64,000 nucleotides of DNA from Mobula hypostoma (Eukaryota): the NCBI RefSeq assembly GCF_963921235.1, contig NC_086097.1, positions 123,568,001-123,632,000 on the forward strand. Direction: 5' to 3'. The translations under genes and the position numbers were made by a program. The notes beneath the pieces were generated by a model, which worked only from the letters and a program-made list of their open reading frames with translations, searched no databases and was not told the DNA's origin. Within the stretch, counting starts at the first letter, position 1, and each line of letters starts with the position of its first letter. Below, piece after piece: positions 12,485 to 25,123 of this stretch.

Positions 12485-15035
12485 AACTGCTGATTTGGAG
12501 AAGGCAGAAGGTGGGACTTTGTGTTTCATGATAAACTCTTTGAAATGCTCAGATGTGGCGATTTTGTCACATTCTTCTTCCCCTGACCTGGAGCAGCTAA
12601 TAATTAATGACTTACTGAGAGAGTTCTCCTCCTTGATCCTGACTGTAGTTTACATATTGCCAAAAGACAATGTTAATCAGGCACTCAAGATACTGAATGC
12701 TGCCATCATCAAACGAGAAACAGCCCACTCTGATACATTACAAATCATAGTCAGGAATTTCAATCATTCTTGTTTGAAGAAATCTCTGCCCGATTATCAT
12801 CAGCATATAACTTGCAGCGCCAGGGGATCCAACACACTCAACCACTGCAAAACTACAATAAGGAATGCCTACCGTTCCATGCCTAGACTGCAATTCATAA
12901 AATCTGATCACCTAGCTGTCTTTCTCCTACCTGTATCCAGGTAGAGGCTAAGGAGCAATGTTCCAGAGGTAATGACAATGAGGTGGTTACGCAAGACAGA
13001 GGAGTGGCTATAGGATTGCTTCGAGTCTGTGGACTGGGCTGTGTTCAAGGACTCATTGGAGGACTTGAATGAACACACCACGGTTGTATTGGACTTTATA
13101 AAAACAGTCGTAGACTAGTGCATCCCCTCAAAATCTTTCAGTCTTCCCCAAACAGAGGAACCTGGATGAACCTTAATATCTGCACTCTGCTGAGGGCCAG
13201 ATCAGAGACATTCAGGTGCTGCGACCAAGTAAGGTACAAGAGGCCCAGGTATGATCTCTGAGCCATCTCATGTGCGAAGTGGAAATTCTGGACCAAACTG
13301 GATTCACTGAAGGATACACAACAGCTGTGTTAGAGCTTGAATGAAATTATTTCTTACAAAGTGAAACGAAGTGACAAAGGCGAAAAAAAAGGCCACTCCC
13401 AGATGAGCTCAATGCCTTCTATGCTCACTTTGACCGTCAGAACGTGGAGGAACTTCACAAACTCCCACAGCCCCTGATGACCCTGTGAATTCAGTCTCTG
13501 AAACATCCTTCAGGAGGGTGAACCCACGAAAAGCATCTGGCCCAGATGGCCAAGTACTAAAAACCTGTGCTGATCAAATGTCTGGTGTGTTCATTGAGAC
13601 CTTTAACCTCCCACTTCAGCATTCTGAGAAATACACCTGCTTCAAGCAGACTTTAATTATACCAGTGCTTAAGAAGAACATGGCAACCTGCCCCAATAAC
13701 TGTCATCCAGTGGGACTTACATCCAGAGTGATGAAGTATTTTGAGAGGGTGATGATGAGACACATCAACTCCTGCTTCAGAAGCAACTTGAATCCATTCC
13801 ATTTTGACTACCTGCACCTCAGGTCCACAGCAATGCCATTTCACTCAACCTAGGGGCACCTGGACAGCAAAGGTGCATATATCAGGATGCTCTTTATCGA
13901 ATAGAGCCTCAAGACCATCTTGTGTAATTGGATTCTTGATTTCTTCAGTTGCAGACCCCAGCCAATTTGGAACGGCAACAACATCTCCATCAGCACAGGT
14001 GCACCACAAGGCTGTGTGTGTAGTCTCCTGCTCTACTTGCTTTACGCCTTTCACTGTGTGGCTAATCACAGCTTCAGCGCTAGATTTAATTTTGCGGATG
14101 TCATCACTGTTGTTGACTGAATCAAAGGTGATGGCAAATCAGCATATAGGAGGAAGATTGAAAATCTGGCTGAGTGGTGTCACAACTCAATGTTAGCAAG
14201 ATCAAGGAACTTAGTATTGACTTCAGGAGGAGGAAACTGGAGGCCCATGAGCCAGTCCTCACTGGGCGATCAGAGGTGGAGAGGCTCAGCAACTTCAAAT
14301 TCCTCAGTGCTGTCATTTCAGAGGATCTGCCCTGGGCCCAGCACGTAAGTGCAATTAGAAAGAAAGCACAGCAGCACTTCTACTTCCATAGAAGTTTGCA
14401 AAAATTTGGCATGACATCTGAAACTTTAACAGACTTCCAGAGATGTGTGGTGGAGAGTATGTTGATTGGTTGCATCACGCCCTGGTATGGAGCCACCAAT
14501 GCCTTTGAACGGAAAATCCTACAAACGTAGTCGCTTCAGCCCTGTCTATCACAGGTAGAGTCTTCCCCCACCATTGAGTATATCCACATGGAGCGCTGTC
14601 ACAGGAAAACAGCATCCATGATCAGGGATCCCCACCAACCAGGCCGTGCTCTCTTCTCACTGCTGACATCATGAAGATGGTGCAGGAGCATCGGGACTCA
14701 CATCACCGGGTTCGGGAACAATTAATGACCCAGAACCATCAGGCTCTTGAACCAGAGGGGATAACTTCACTTGCCGCATCACGGAACTCTTCTCACAACC
14801 TACAGACTCACTTTCAAGGACTCTTCATTGTCACTGTTAATTTTTTTCTCATTTGTATTCGCACAGTTTGTTGTCTTTTGCATGTTGATTGCTTGCCATC
14901 TTGTTGGGTGCGGTCTTTCATTGATCCCATTGTGTCTTTTGGATTTACTGAGTATGCCCACAAGAAAACGAATCTCAAAGTTGTACATGGTAACATATAT
15001 GTACTCCAAATAATAAATTTACTTTGAACTTTGAA
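12485..15035 (+). mobile_element. Rex1/Babar LINE, 5'-truncated, degenerate ORF2 (APE plus RT)
   Basis: LREFSSLILTVVYILP..RNFNH..SDHLAVFL (APE); [25 protein letters not shown] (RT); CITPWYG; aataaa and (tttgaac) tail. Confidence 0.92.
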
Positions 15036-15212
15036 CATGCTGAATCTATGCAAACTTCTAAGAAATTAGTCACTAAGCTTCAAGATTTGGGCCTCAGTAC
15101 CTGGGTCTCTTACTTTTGAAGAAACAAAGTCTTATTCTGCCAACCTCTCCTTATTACTCAGGACCTTGAATCATGGCAATCTTCTCTGCACTCTTTCCAC
15201 TTGAATAATGTA

Positions 15213-15788
15213 ACTTTAAATTCCTTGGTCTAATCATAGCAGAGGATCTGTCCTGGGATCAGCATGTAAGTGCCATTTCAATGAAGGCACGGCAGCACCC
15301 ACTACTTTATTAGTAGTTTGTGCAGATTCGACATGTCATCTAAAACTTTGACAAACTTCTATGGGTGCACAGAGGAGAGTACTCTGACGCCCCAGAACAG
15401 AAGCTTAGGTACCGTACCACCAGGCTCAGGAACAGATATTACCCTTCAAGCATCAGGCTCCTGAACCAGCACAGATAACTTCACTCACCTCAACTCTGAA
15501 CTGATGCTGAATACAAACTATGGACTCACTTTCAAGGACTCTACAACTCATGTTCTCAGTATTATTTATTTACTTACCAATATATTGTTATTATTATTTG
15601 TTTTTAAATAATTTGCATAGTTTGTATTATTTCGCACATTGGTTGTTTGACAGTCTTTGTGTGCAGTTTTTCATTGATTCTATTGTATTTCTTTGTCTTA
15701 CAGTGAATGCCTGAAAGAAAATTAATCTCAGGGTAGCATATGGTGACATATGCGTATTTTGATAATAAGGTTACTTTGAACCTTTGAA
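15213..15788 (+). mobile_element. Rex1/Babar 3' fragment with internal deletions
   Basis: NFKFLG...EDLSW remnant and 3'UTR/tail. Confidence 0.8.
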
Positions 15789-16496
15789 TTCCCTGTTCCA
15801 CAACTTTCCCAGAGTGCAATCATTCACAAAAGTTCCTACTCTGGTTTGACTTCCAAAAATGTAACACTTGGCATTTACACAAATTGAAAGCCATTTGCCA
15901 ATCTTCAGCCCACTTTCCAATCTGATCAAGATCCCCCTGTAACTTTTGATAACTTTCTTCACCAGAATGCAAGTAGGGTACTCAGCCAGAGCTGGAGTCT
16001 GGAGTGCTGCCAGGATCTGGATCTGGACTTGTGCTTTCATAGGTAGACTTCCTGCATGGACTTCAGCAGCATGAGTTGCAGTAATTTTCACCTTTACACC
16101 GTTCAAGTGCAAGTATTTACAATCGCTCCACTCACAGCTGAAGCTAACCATGCTAATTGATTCCTGCCTGAAGCCCTTGAAGGGAAAAGTAATCAGTGGC
16201 TTCAACCATTGCTGGAAGTAACTCTGAGGCCTGGAACGCAAATAAATAAATGGCAGGACAGGCGGAAAAGTGTGCAGCCCACATTAATTTGGAGCTCAAA
16301 GTGCTGGTGGAACAGAGGAAAGAGATCAAGTCTGTTCAGAGACTCAAGTATCACAAACATATGTGGTAAAGTGCCTGTGGGTGGAGTAATGTCTTCAGAA
16401 CCTGATCCAAGTACAGGAACAGCCTCACTCATAGGGTCAGGGTCAGGGTCATCAAACTACTTCACCTATCAACACTTACACCTGGCTAAGGAAATT

Positions 16497-17222
16497 AAGA
16501 TGGTGCCGAGCTGCAGTCTCCATTGAGATCGTAGCTGTTTTTTAAGTTTGTAGGGATAGTTTTGGAGGACAAAGAGCGAAGTTGGCGGTCAGATTCGGTT
16601 TAGGGACAGTGATATTGGGGAGTTAGAGGTCAGATTAAGGTTTAGAGGTGTGGAGTTGGAGTTAGAGGACAGGCCTCCACTGTGTTCAAGGCCAGCGACG
16701 TGGATGGGTGTCATAGGACATGTAGAGTCTACACCTCCATTCCACGCTCAACGGCCAGGGATGTGGCTGGGTGATGAAGGACATCCGTGGCTGTTGGACT
16801 GTCCCAGAACCCTGGGATCAGATGTCTGTGCAAGCAGGAGGCACAAGGCCAGAGTTCAAGCCTAGAGCCTGCGTCCAGTCATTGGTTGGTCTGGGGTCGA
16901 TGGCAAAGATCGGTGCATGAAGGTCGATCAGAAGTCTGGAAGCCGAATTCAGGAGACTGAGGGCCAGTCCTGGAATTGAAGGACTGTCCATGTGTGTAGA
17001 CGGGTGGGAGGGTGGCAGAGAAGAAAGGTGCTTGTTGTGCTGCTTTGTTTGGTGTTGTTCTGCTGAGCAGAGTGGGCATGTCAAGTTGGTGGGCGCAAGT
17101 GTGGCGACACTTGGGGCTGCCTCTACCACATCCTGGGGTGTGTTGGTGGTTAATACAAACAGCACATTTCACTGCATGTTTTGATGTACATGTGATAAAT
17201 CCATCTGAATCTGAATCTGAAT
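16497..17222 (+). mobile_element. About 720-bp non-coding retroposon with (TCTGAA)n tail
   Basis: Starts aagatggtgcc; ends gatgtacatgtgataaat..(tctgaa)3; partial copies at 50330-50556 (+), 58320-58670 (+) and 48760-48870 (-). Confidence 0.65.
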
Positions 17223-17329
17223 ACCATGCATATAACCACCTATCACTATAATACTCACATGTACACAGCTTACACAAACTTCAGTATTTCAAACAATGAG
17301 AGACACATCACATAGACATTTTGTAACAC

Positions 17330-18003
17330 TCAGTAATGAGGTAAGAGCCAATCCACCAGCCGCTCTATTTCCTCTCTATACGCCATCTCATGACCGTTCT
17401 TGACAAGGCCAACCACTGTTGTGTCATCCGGAAATCTGATGACACGGTTTGAGCTCATCGCCATCTGGTATGGGAGTAGTTAAGCATCGGATCAAAAGTC
17501 TCCACACAGGACTGTGAGAACAGCTGGCAGAATCGTAGGGGTCTCCCTACCATCCATCGGGGACATTTATCAGCAGCACTGCATACACAGGGCCATAGTA
17601 TTATTAAAGATCCCATCCATCCATCCAGCATCCTCTTTGACTTTCTACCATCATCTAGGGGACTATGATGCACAAAAACAAGAACGGTCAGGATGAGAAA
17701 CAGTTTCTTCCCTCAGGCCATTAGGCTTCTGAAATCCTGGCCGCATCATATTCAAAGCGTCACTGGTCAATCTGTTCCATGCCTTACAATATTTAATATT
17801 AATGTACATAGTTTGTTATTTATGTGTGATTCATCTGTAGACTTTATCCTTTCCTTCATAAGTTATGACGTGCTACATGTACTACTGTGCATTGCACCCT
17901 GGTTCAAAGAAATGTTGTCTCATTTCTACATACATTATATAGTTATACATGCTATATACATGTATGTAGTTAAATGACAATAAACATCATTTGACTTGAC
18001 TTG
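17330..18003. mobile_element. Rex1/Babar insertion with inverted 5' segment
   Basis: 17330-17455 minus reads SSNRVIRFPDDTTVVGLVKNGHEMAYREEIERLVDW; 17456-18003 plus reads IAIWYG..VRTAGRIVGVSLPSI..RNSFFPQAIRLL, then a (ttgac) tail. Confidence 0.8.
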
Positions 18004-18469
18004 AAGAGAAAAGAAGGTTCTTGAAGACCTTAAATGAATCCTCCACAGTGCGTGTAATCCCTCAACGGTGGAAATGCTGTAAATACTCTCCTTCACATTA
18101 ATGACCCTGGAGACGACTGAGAAACGGTGTAAATGATAGCAATTTCTCCTCCAAGAACTGTCCACCTACCTGGCACTGCAGGTGACATATGGTGGATGTA
18201 CCAGACTGCTTAAGGTGGGGGTCACACAAGCTAACACTGATCATGCGTCTGTGATTCAAGATTCGTTTATTATCGAAGAATGTACAAATTATACTACCTT
18301 GAGATTTTCTTGTGGTGCTGCTGCAAGTTTTCTGTCACACCTGTGCATACCTTTATTTGTGCAAGTGATAACAAACTCAACATTGAACAAAATATTGGTT
18401 ATGAGGGTGTATTGACGAAGTTATGCCACTGTCTCCAATGTTCAGGGAGTATTAGCATAACTGTAAGCG

Positions 18470-18580
18470 ATTCAGCAGATGCTAGAAATCCAGAGTAACA
18501 CACACAAAATACTCAAAGAACCTAGCAGGTCAGGCAGCATCTATGGAGAGGAATAAACAGTTAACCTTTCATCAGGAAGG
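18470..18580 (-). mobile_element. Penelope pLTR terminal fragment
   Basis: cagcaggtcaggcagcatctatggagag-like; hammerhead with stem II deleted (cctgatgaaaggttaactg on minus). Confidence 0.7.
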
Positions 18581-18959
18581 TGTATTAATGTTTCCTGCAG
18601 GTAAAGACCTCTTGGTTTATATTTAGAGCACTTAGCATCGTGTATATGCAACCCCATATTTCCCAAACTTTTGAGAAGCCCTTCATCCTATTGTTCAGAT
18701 GAGATTTCCTACACTTGTTATACAGAGTATGCTGCTGCATTTATGTGTGAACCAATCTGGCCAGCACCAAACATCAAGTCTTCATTGAACAATGATGGCT
18801 GTCATCCTTGTGTGCTCTGGTCATGTGTACATCAAAGACACACAGAGAACAAGCAAACCTTCTGAACGGTATGAGCCTTGCTATAAACTAAGGATCATAA
18901 TTTGCAATCAACTATGCACTACAAATGCATTACTCACTGTCGCCTGGAGCTCTCTACTC

Positions 18960-19410
18960 AAGGTTCAAAGTAAATTTATTATCAAAGTATGTACGTCATT
19001 ATATATTGCCCTGAGATCCATTTTAGACCATAAAATCATTTTATCATAACACATAGGAGCCAAAATAGGCCACTCTGCCCATTGAGTCTGCTCCACCATT
19101 CCATCATGACTGATTTATTATCCCTCTCTACCTCATCCTCCTGCCTTCTCCCTGTAACCTTATAAACCCTTACTAACCAAGAACCTATCAACTTCTGCTT
19201 TAAGTAAACTCAATGACTTCACTTCCACACCTGTCCGTGGCAATGAATTCACATTTTCTTGCGGGCATTAATTGTAGAACAAAGAAACACAATAGAATCC
19301 ATGTAAAACTACACGCAAAGATGGACAAACAACAAATATGCAAAAGAAGACAAACTGTACAAGTACAAGAAAAAATAATGATAAATAAGTAATAAATAAT
19401 ATTGAGAACA
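18960..19410 (-). mobile_element. Rex1/Babar 3'UTR with nested CR1 3' end (19025-19250, minus)
   Basis: The UTR breaks at catttt and resumes at cattttcttgcgggc; the insert has a CR1 tail (agaccataa, ataggagc..aggcc). Confidence 0.75.
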
Positions 19411-19582
19411 GAATTAATATATTCCATGATACCACAGTGGAGTACAATAGTTTCCTGTGACTGCAGCTGCAACATGTGTCCTATATTCCCTAACAAACCA
19501 GAGTATAATTCTAAGTCTAAGAATTTCTGAACAACATTGACCTTTATGTGTGCTTAGCCCACTGTTCTGCTCTCTCTATATC

Positions 19583-19984
19583 CATGCCAGTGATGTTGTG
19601 GATATGGAACTGGACTCTCTCACGGTGGTGTCTGAAAAGAGGATGCTGTTCAAGTTGCATGCCATCTTGGACAATGTCTCCCATCCACTACATAATGGAC
19701 TGGTTGGACACAGGAGTACATTCAGCCAGAGACTCGTTCCACTGAGATGCAACACAGAGCGTCATAGGAAGTCATTCCTGCCTGTGGCCATCAAACTTTA
19801 CAACTCCTCCCTTGTAGGGTCAGACACCCTGAACCAATAGGCTGGTTCTGGACTTATTTCCTGGCATAATTTACATATCACTATTTAACTACTTATGGTT
19901 TTATTACTATTTAATTATTTATGGCGCACTGTAACGAAAACCAATTTCCCCCAGGATCAATAAAGTATGACTATGACTATGACT
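19583..19984 (+). mobile_element. Rex1 LINE 3' end (second family, (ATGACT)n tail)
   Basis: ELDSLTVVSEKRMLFKLHAILDNVSHPLH...RCNTERHRKSFLPVAIKLYNSS; caataaagt(atgact)3; a second tail copy lies at 28628-28735 (minus). Confidence 0.85.
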
Positions 19985-20027
19985 GTGTGGTTATATATGG
20001 CTCACACATTCAAAGACTATTCAGTAT

Positions 20028-20288
20028 ACATTCAGTAGCCACTTTGTTAGGTATATCTGTACACTTACATGTTAATAAAAATATATAATCAGCCAATCAA
20101 TGCATAAAAGCATGCGGACTTGGCCAAGAGGTTCAGTTTTTGTTCAAGTCAAAGATCAGAATGGGGAAGAAACTTAATCTAAATGATTTTGACTGTGGAA
20201 TGATTGTTGGTGCCAGACAGAGTGATTTGAGCATCTCAGAAACTGTTGATCTCCTGGGATTTTCATGCACAGCAGTCTCTAGAGTGCT
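20028..20288 (+). mobile_element. Tc1 left end (TIR plus HTH start)
   Basis: tacattcagtagccactttgttaggtata TIR; MGKKLNLNDFDCGMIVGARQSDLSISETVDLLGFS. Confidence 0.8.
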
Positions 20289-20311
20289 AGAGTGTTATAA
20301 AGTCATACATA

Positions 20312-21110
20312 TAGTGATCTTCATGGAAGAGTTGCTGCCAAAAAGCCATTCCTCCAAAGTGGAAACAAAGCCAGGAGACTTGCCTATGCACCAAAACACA
20401 AGGACTGGAGTGCTGAACAATGTCAGCAGGTACTCTTGACTGATGAGTCAAAATTTGAAATTTTTCGCTCAAACAGGAAGAAGGTAGTCTGCAGAAAAGC
20501 TGGAGAGCGCTACATAGATGAGTATCTGCAGCCAACCGTGAAGCACAATGGAGGTTCCCTCCAGGTCTGGGGTTGCATTTCTGCAAATGGAGTTGGTGAT
20601 CTGATCAGAATTAATGGAATCCTCAATACTGAGAGGCACACGCAGATTTCCATTCATCACGCAATACCATTAGGGAGGCGTATGATTGGCCCCAACTTCA
20701 TTCTGCAGCAGGACAGTGACCCCAAACACATGGCCAAGGTCATAGAGAACTATCTTCAACAAAAATAAGAACAAGGAGTTCTGCAGTAGATGGTATAGCC
20801 TCCACAGAGCCCTGATCTCAACATCTTCGAGGCTGTCTGGGATTACTCAAAGAGACAGAAGAGACAGAAGCAAGCAAGACAGCCAAACTCTGCAGAACTG
20901 AGGCAAGTTCTCCAAGATATTTGCAACAAGCTACCAGCCAATTTTCCTATAAAACTGCATGACTGTGTACCTAGAGAATTGATAGTTTTAAAGGCAAGGG
21001 GTGGTCACACCAAATATTGATTTTATATAGTTTTTTACTGTTTACTGCTCTTTATAGTAATTTTTTGACATTTAGAAAATGCCATTTCATTATTTTTGAA
21101 AGCATCTTCT
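20312..21110 (+). mobile_element. Tc1 transposase pseudogene, catalytic half
   Basis: TDESKFEIF...TVKHNGGSLQVWGCI...QQDSDPKH...PPQSPDLNIFEAVW with stops. Confidence 0.9.
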
Positions 21111-22083
21111 CCTCTAGCTAGACATCTTGTTTCCCTTCCCCTTTTGCCTCCTCTGGAAAGTGGACCTTATATTCAGCTCCCTTCCTTATAGCTTTGCTGG
21201 AGGCTCTGAGGAATTACTATTACAGCTCCTATTTTTGTTTTAAGATCAGAAGACTTCAGTTCAATTATAAACAAATCTATGTCATTTTCAGATCCACATG
21301 CAGCTCAGCTGACCCCAATGATCTTTCTTCCAACTAACCTCCTTTATACATCACAAATTTCTTCCTGCTGTTCAGAATCTATTTCCAGTATGTGCTATGA
21401 GCTAGTCTGCACCTGTGTGAAGCACTTTGACAGGCATCAGATGACTCAATTGTTCTCACCCATCCCTTTTGGCCATGCACACACATCATGCACAAAGGTC
21501 AATCAAATCTTTCAGAAAAAAACATTACGCACCACTGTAATCGTTCGATTACAATTTTTACCCAACTTTACAGACCAATTTTGTTCCAGAGCATTTGAAA
21601 TACTTAAGCTACAATGCTGAATTGTTAAGTCAGTTGTCATCATGGTTAACAATTTCTGCATAAAGTCACACATTTTACATAAGTATATTCATAATACTCC
21701 ATAATGGAGTCATTACTAACAGAGACCTTTTTGCCATATTTTGCATTGGAAGGGGATTTTCACCCCATAATACGCTTTAAGATAATTATATTCTTTCTTT
21801 ATATATAGTTGGACTTTATCTCTTTGCATGTGACATAAATCCAACTGTCTACAGAGAAACACAGTGACATGCCCTCCCATTGCTATATTAACAAACTCAT
21901 AAGCATGAACCGAATGGTATCTGGTTTTACGATTATGAATAGTTACCTTTAAAACAATTAATTAATCACACCATGTTACCCTCCACCCAACTTCCTTCTC
22001 TCTTACCTGCCTTCACCTATCACCTTCCAGCTTGTACTCCTTCCCCCTCCCCCCACCTTCGAAATTCTGGCTTCTTCCCCCTT

Positions 22084-23002
22084 CTTTTCATGAAATCCTG
22101 CACCCTTTTTTCTCCAAACATACCTTTGCTCATTGCAGCCAAAAAGTTCCATTCAAAAGGTTCAAAGGAACATCTAAACAAGCCTGATGCATTTTGGAAA
22201 CAAGTCCTGTGGACTGATGAAGTTAAAATAGAACTTTTTGGCCACAATGAGCAAAGGTATGTTTGGAGAAAAAAGGGTGCAGAATTTCATGAAAAGAACC
22301 CCTCCCCAACTGTTAAGCACGGGGGTGGATCGATCATGCTTTGGATTTGTGTTGCAGCCAATGGCACGGGGAACATTTCACTGGTAGAGGGAAGAATAAA
22401 TTCAATTAAATAACAGCAAATTCTGGAAGCAAACAACACACCGTCTGTAAAAAAGCCAAAGATGGAAAAAGGATGGCTTCTACAACAGTATAATGATCCT
22501 AAACACACCTCAAAATCCACAATGGACTACCTCAAGAGGCGCAAGCTGAAGGTTTTGCCATGGCCCTCACAGTCCCCTGACCTAAACATCATCAAAAATC
22601 TGTGGATAGACCTCAAAAGAGCAATGCATGCAAGACGGCCCAAGAATCTCACAAAACTAGAAGCATTTTGCAAGGAAGAATGGGTGAAAATCCCCCAAAT
22701 GAGAATTGAAAGACTCTTAGCTGGCTACAGAAAGTGTTTACAAGCTGTGATACCTGCCAAAGGGGGTGTTACTAAGTACTGACCATGCAGGGAGCCCAAA
22801 CTTTTGCTTTGGGCCCTTTTCCTTTTTTGTTATTTTGAAACTGTAAAAGATAGAAATAAAAAAGTTTTCTTGCTTAAAATATTAAAGAAATGTGTCATCT
22901 TTAACTTTATGCCTTTTGGAAATCAGTTAATCTTTTACTCGCTTAGCTATTCACAATAACAGAAATTTTGACCAGGGGTGCCCAAACTTTTGCATACCAC
23001 TG
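22084..23002 (+). mobile_element. Tc1 (IR/DR type) 3' half, with an inverted 70-bp duplication at its left break
   Basis: WTDEVKIELFG..TVKHGGGSIMLW..QQYNDPKH..WPSQSPDLNIIKNLW..GGVTKY (second D to Y, E to K); DRs gcccaaacttttgc at about 22794 and 22980; ends cactg followed by TA; preceded by a PLE fragment at 21975-22085. Confidence 0.92.
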
Positions 23003-24134
23003 TAACACAGTAAACACTAATTTTGCAAATCTATTTTAAAATAAGGTGGAATTCCTCTTCTTTCTCTAAGCTTAACTTCTATTTTAGCAATCTATTATAC
23101 ATGTATTTGTTGCTGATGCACAGGATCGTATTTTTAAAAATATACAAAGTTTTAACAGTGATATTTTACCTGCCTCATGGTTTCCAAAGATCACAATAAC
23201 ATTTAAAAAAATAATTTTAAGCCAGCATTGATTGGATGTAATCAGTCATGATCTAGCTAATTAGTAGAATGTCCATTTCTTATTTCTAAGTTTCTCTGAA
23301 CATTCCCATGTTTCTCCTTACTGTTGCTTTCCACTAAGACTATTGACGTACAGGAAATCTGTAGATTTAGAGTAACGCATACAGAATGTTGAAGGAACTC
23401 TGAAGGTCAGGCAGCATTTATAGAAAGGAATAAAGAATCAATGTTTCAGGCTGAGACCTTTTATCAAGACTCATGTATTTCCCATTTTTTGACTTTCAGT
23501 TAAAGAAACAAAACTTAACATCTAACCAATTATTAGAGGAGTGGGAATTTTCTAGCTGAAAATTGCACTGTTAACACTTCATATGCAACCGTGGCATAGG
23601 GAAGATATATTAATTGGCACTAGAATTTTATTGGCTTAATTGGGCTTAACCATGACAGACTTTAATCAGTTCTAGTTAGTTTTTTTTTATATTAAAAAAG
23701 CCAGACATCCCTGTTCAATAGAAAGCTTGAAGTTGAAACATCTTTGATTCCTCACTTCCCCCAGTAACTATTGCAGAACAACCTAGCAATTCTGACCTGG
23801 ATTAAACTACAATCCTAAAGTCAATTGCTATCAAACAATATATTTTTCACCAAAATATTGTCCCCAGTTATTTTACTAAATATAGGGCCCAATTATATTA
23901 TCAATCTGCTGTTATTTATGTGAACTGAATTGCACCATGAACACAAAGTAAAGATTTCTATGGTTTATTCCAAATGAAAATGAACATACGATTAGTATAT
24001 TTTAAAATATGCACAAGAATATTTTGTGATATTAGTATCAAACTAAGTAAACACCATGGCAGCTATTTTTTACATATTCTTACCAAAAGGAAACTATGGT
24101 AGATAATGCTTCAAATGTTTCTGATACAATCACA

Positions 24135-24632
24135 ATGACCGTCAGGTTGGCTGGGCAACACTTCATATTCCATCTGGATAGCCCCAACCTGATAGCATGA
24201 ACATCAATTTCTCTAACTACCAGTAATTTTCCCACTCCCCTTCCCTCTTCTTCTATTCCCCACTCTGACTCCCCTCTTACCTCTTAATCCTACTCAACTG
24301 CCTATCACCTCTCCCTGGTGCTCTTCCGCCTTCCCTTTCTCCCATAGTCCACTCTCCTATCAGATTCCTTGTTCTTCAGTCCTTCACCTTTTCCACCTAT
24401 CACCTCACAGCTTCTCACCTAATGCCCCACCCTGACCCACCTACCTTCCCCCTCACTTGCCCACCTATCACTCCTAGCTTCTACTCCTTCTCCTCTCTCA
24501 CCTTCTTATTCCAACTTTGTCTCCATTTCTTTCCAGTTTTGATGAAAGGCCTTAGCCTGAAATGTTGACTGTTTATTCATTTTCATGGATGCTGCCAGGC
24601 TTGCTGAGTTCCTCCAACATTTTTTATGTGTT
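24135..24632 (+). mobile_element. Penelope-like 3' fragment with hammerhead remnant
   Basis: RLAGQHFIFHLDS..PDSMNINFSNY; ttgatgaaaggccttagcctgaaatgttgactg at about 24539-24571; another pLTR end at 23345-23470 (minus). Confidence 0.85.
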
Positions 24633-25123
24633 AATAAAGACTGTTAAGAGCCTCTTGCCTGTAATATTGTTCTGGTTGAACTGAGACTTTAAAAGAAACA
24701 AGCCAATCAAACTGGATCAAATTGAAGAAGCAATCTGTTCAGTTCAAAGGTGTGTCAATCAATGACAGTGCAGGACAAATAACACATGAGAAAGAACTTT
24801 GATGATGAAACTGGGGATGTTTGCTGCCATTACTTGGGAATTGTGTAGACGTATAGTTTAAGCCAGAAATCCCAAAGTTGCTCCCGTTATTGCTGCCTTC
24901 ACAACAATCAAGCTGAGATCATTTGAATTGACAATTTGCTGGTATTACCAAAGAATCTCTGAAAATCTTTATTCCATTAACTCTAAGAGGGAGTTTTAGC
25001 CAGCTTACCAGTCCATTGCCCTGCTCAGCAATCTATCAGGTCTCTTTGCATTACTTATAGAGGTTTGTAATTAATTTATTAAATTTTTTTAATTACTTGC
25101 ACATATCTCATCCTAGAGGTGTT

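Larger units (their letters stand above)
11530..15965 (-). mobile_element. Old CR1 3' region split into pieces (11530-11890, 15130-15210, 15790-15965) by Rex1/Babar insertions
   Basis: Collinear CR1 motifs on minus (RGVLIEVCVIVRGADR, FFTRKVV; DLDQIGKWAEDWQMAFN). Confidence 0.6.

Noticed and set aside
20028..21110. One complete Tc1 transposon
   Set aside because: The left end belongs to the three-TIR family, the junction at 20288-20312 is discontinuous, stops are present and no matching right TIR is visible
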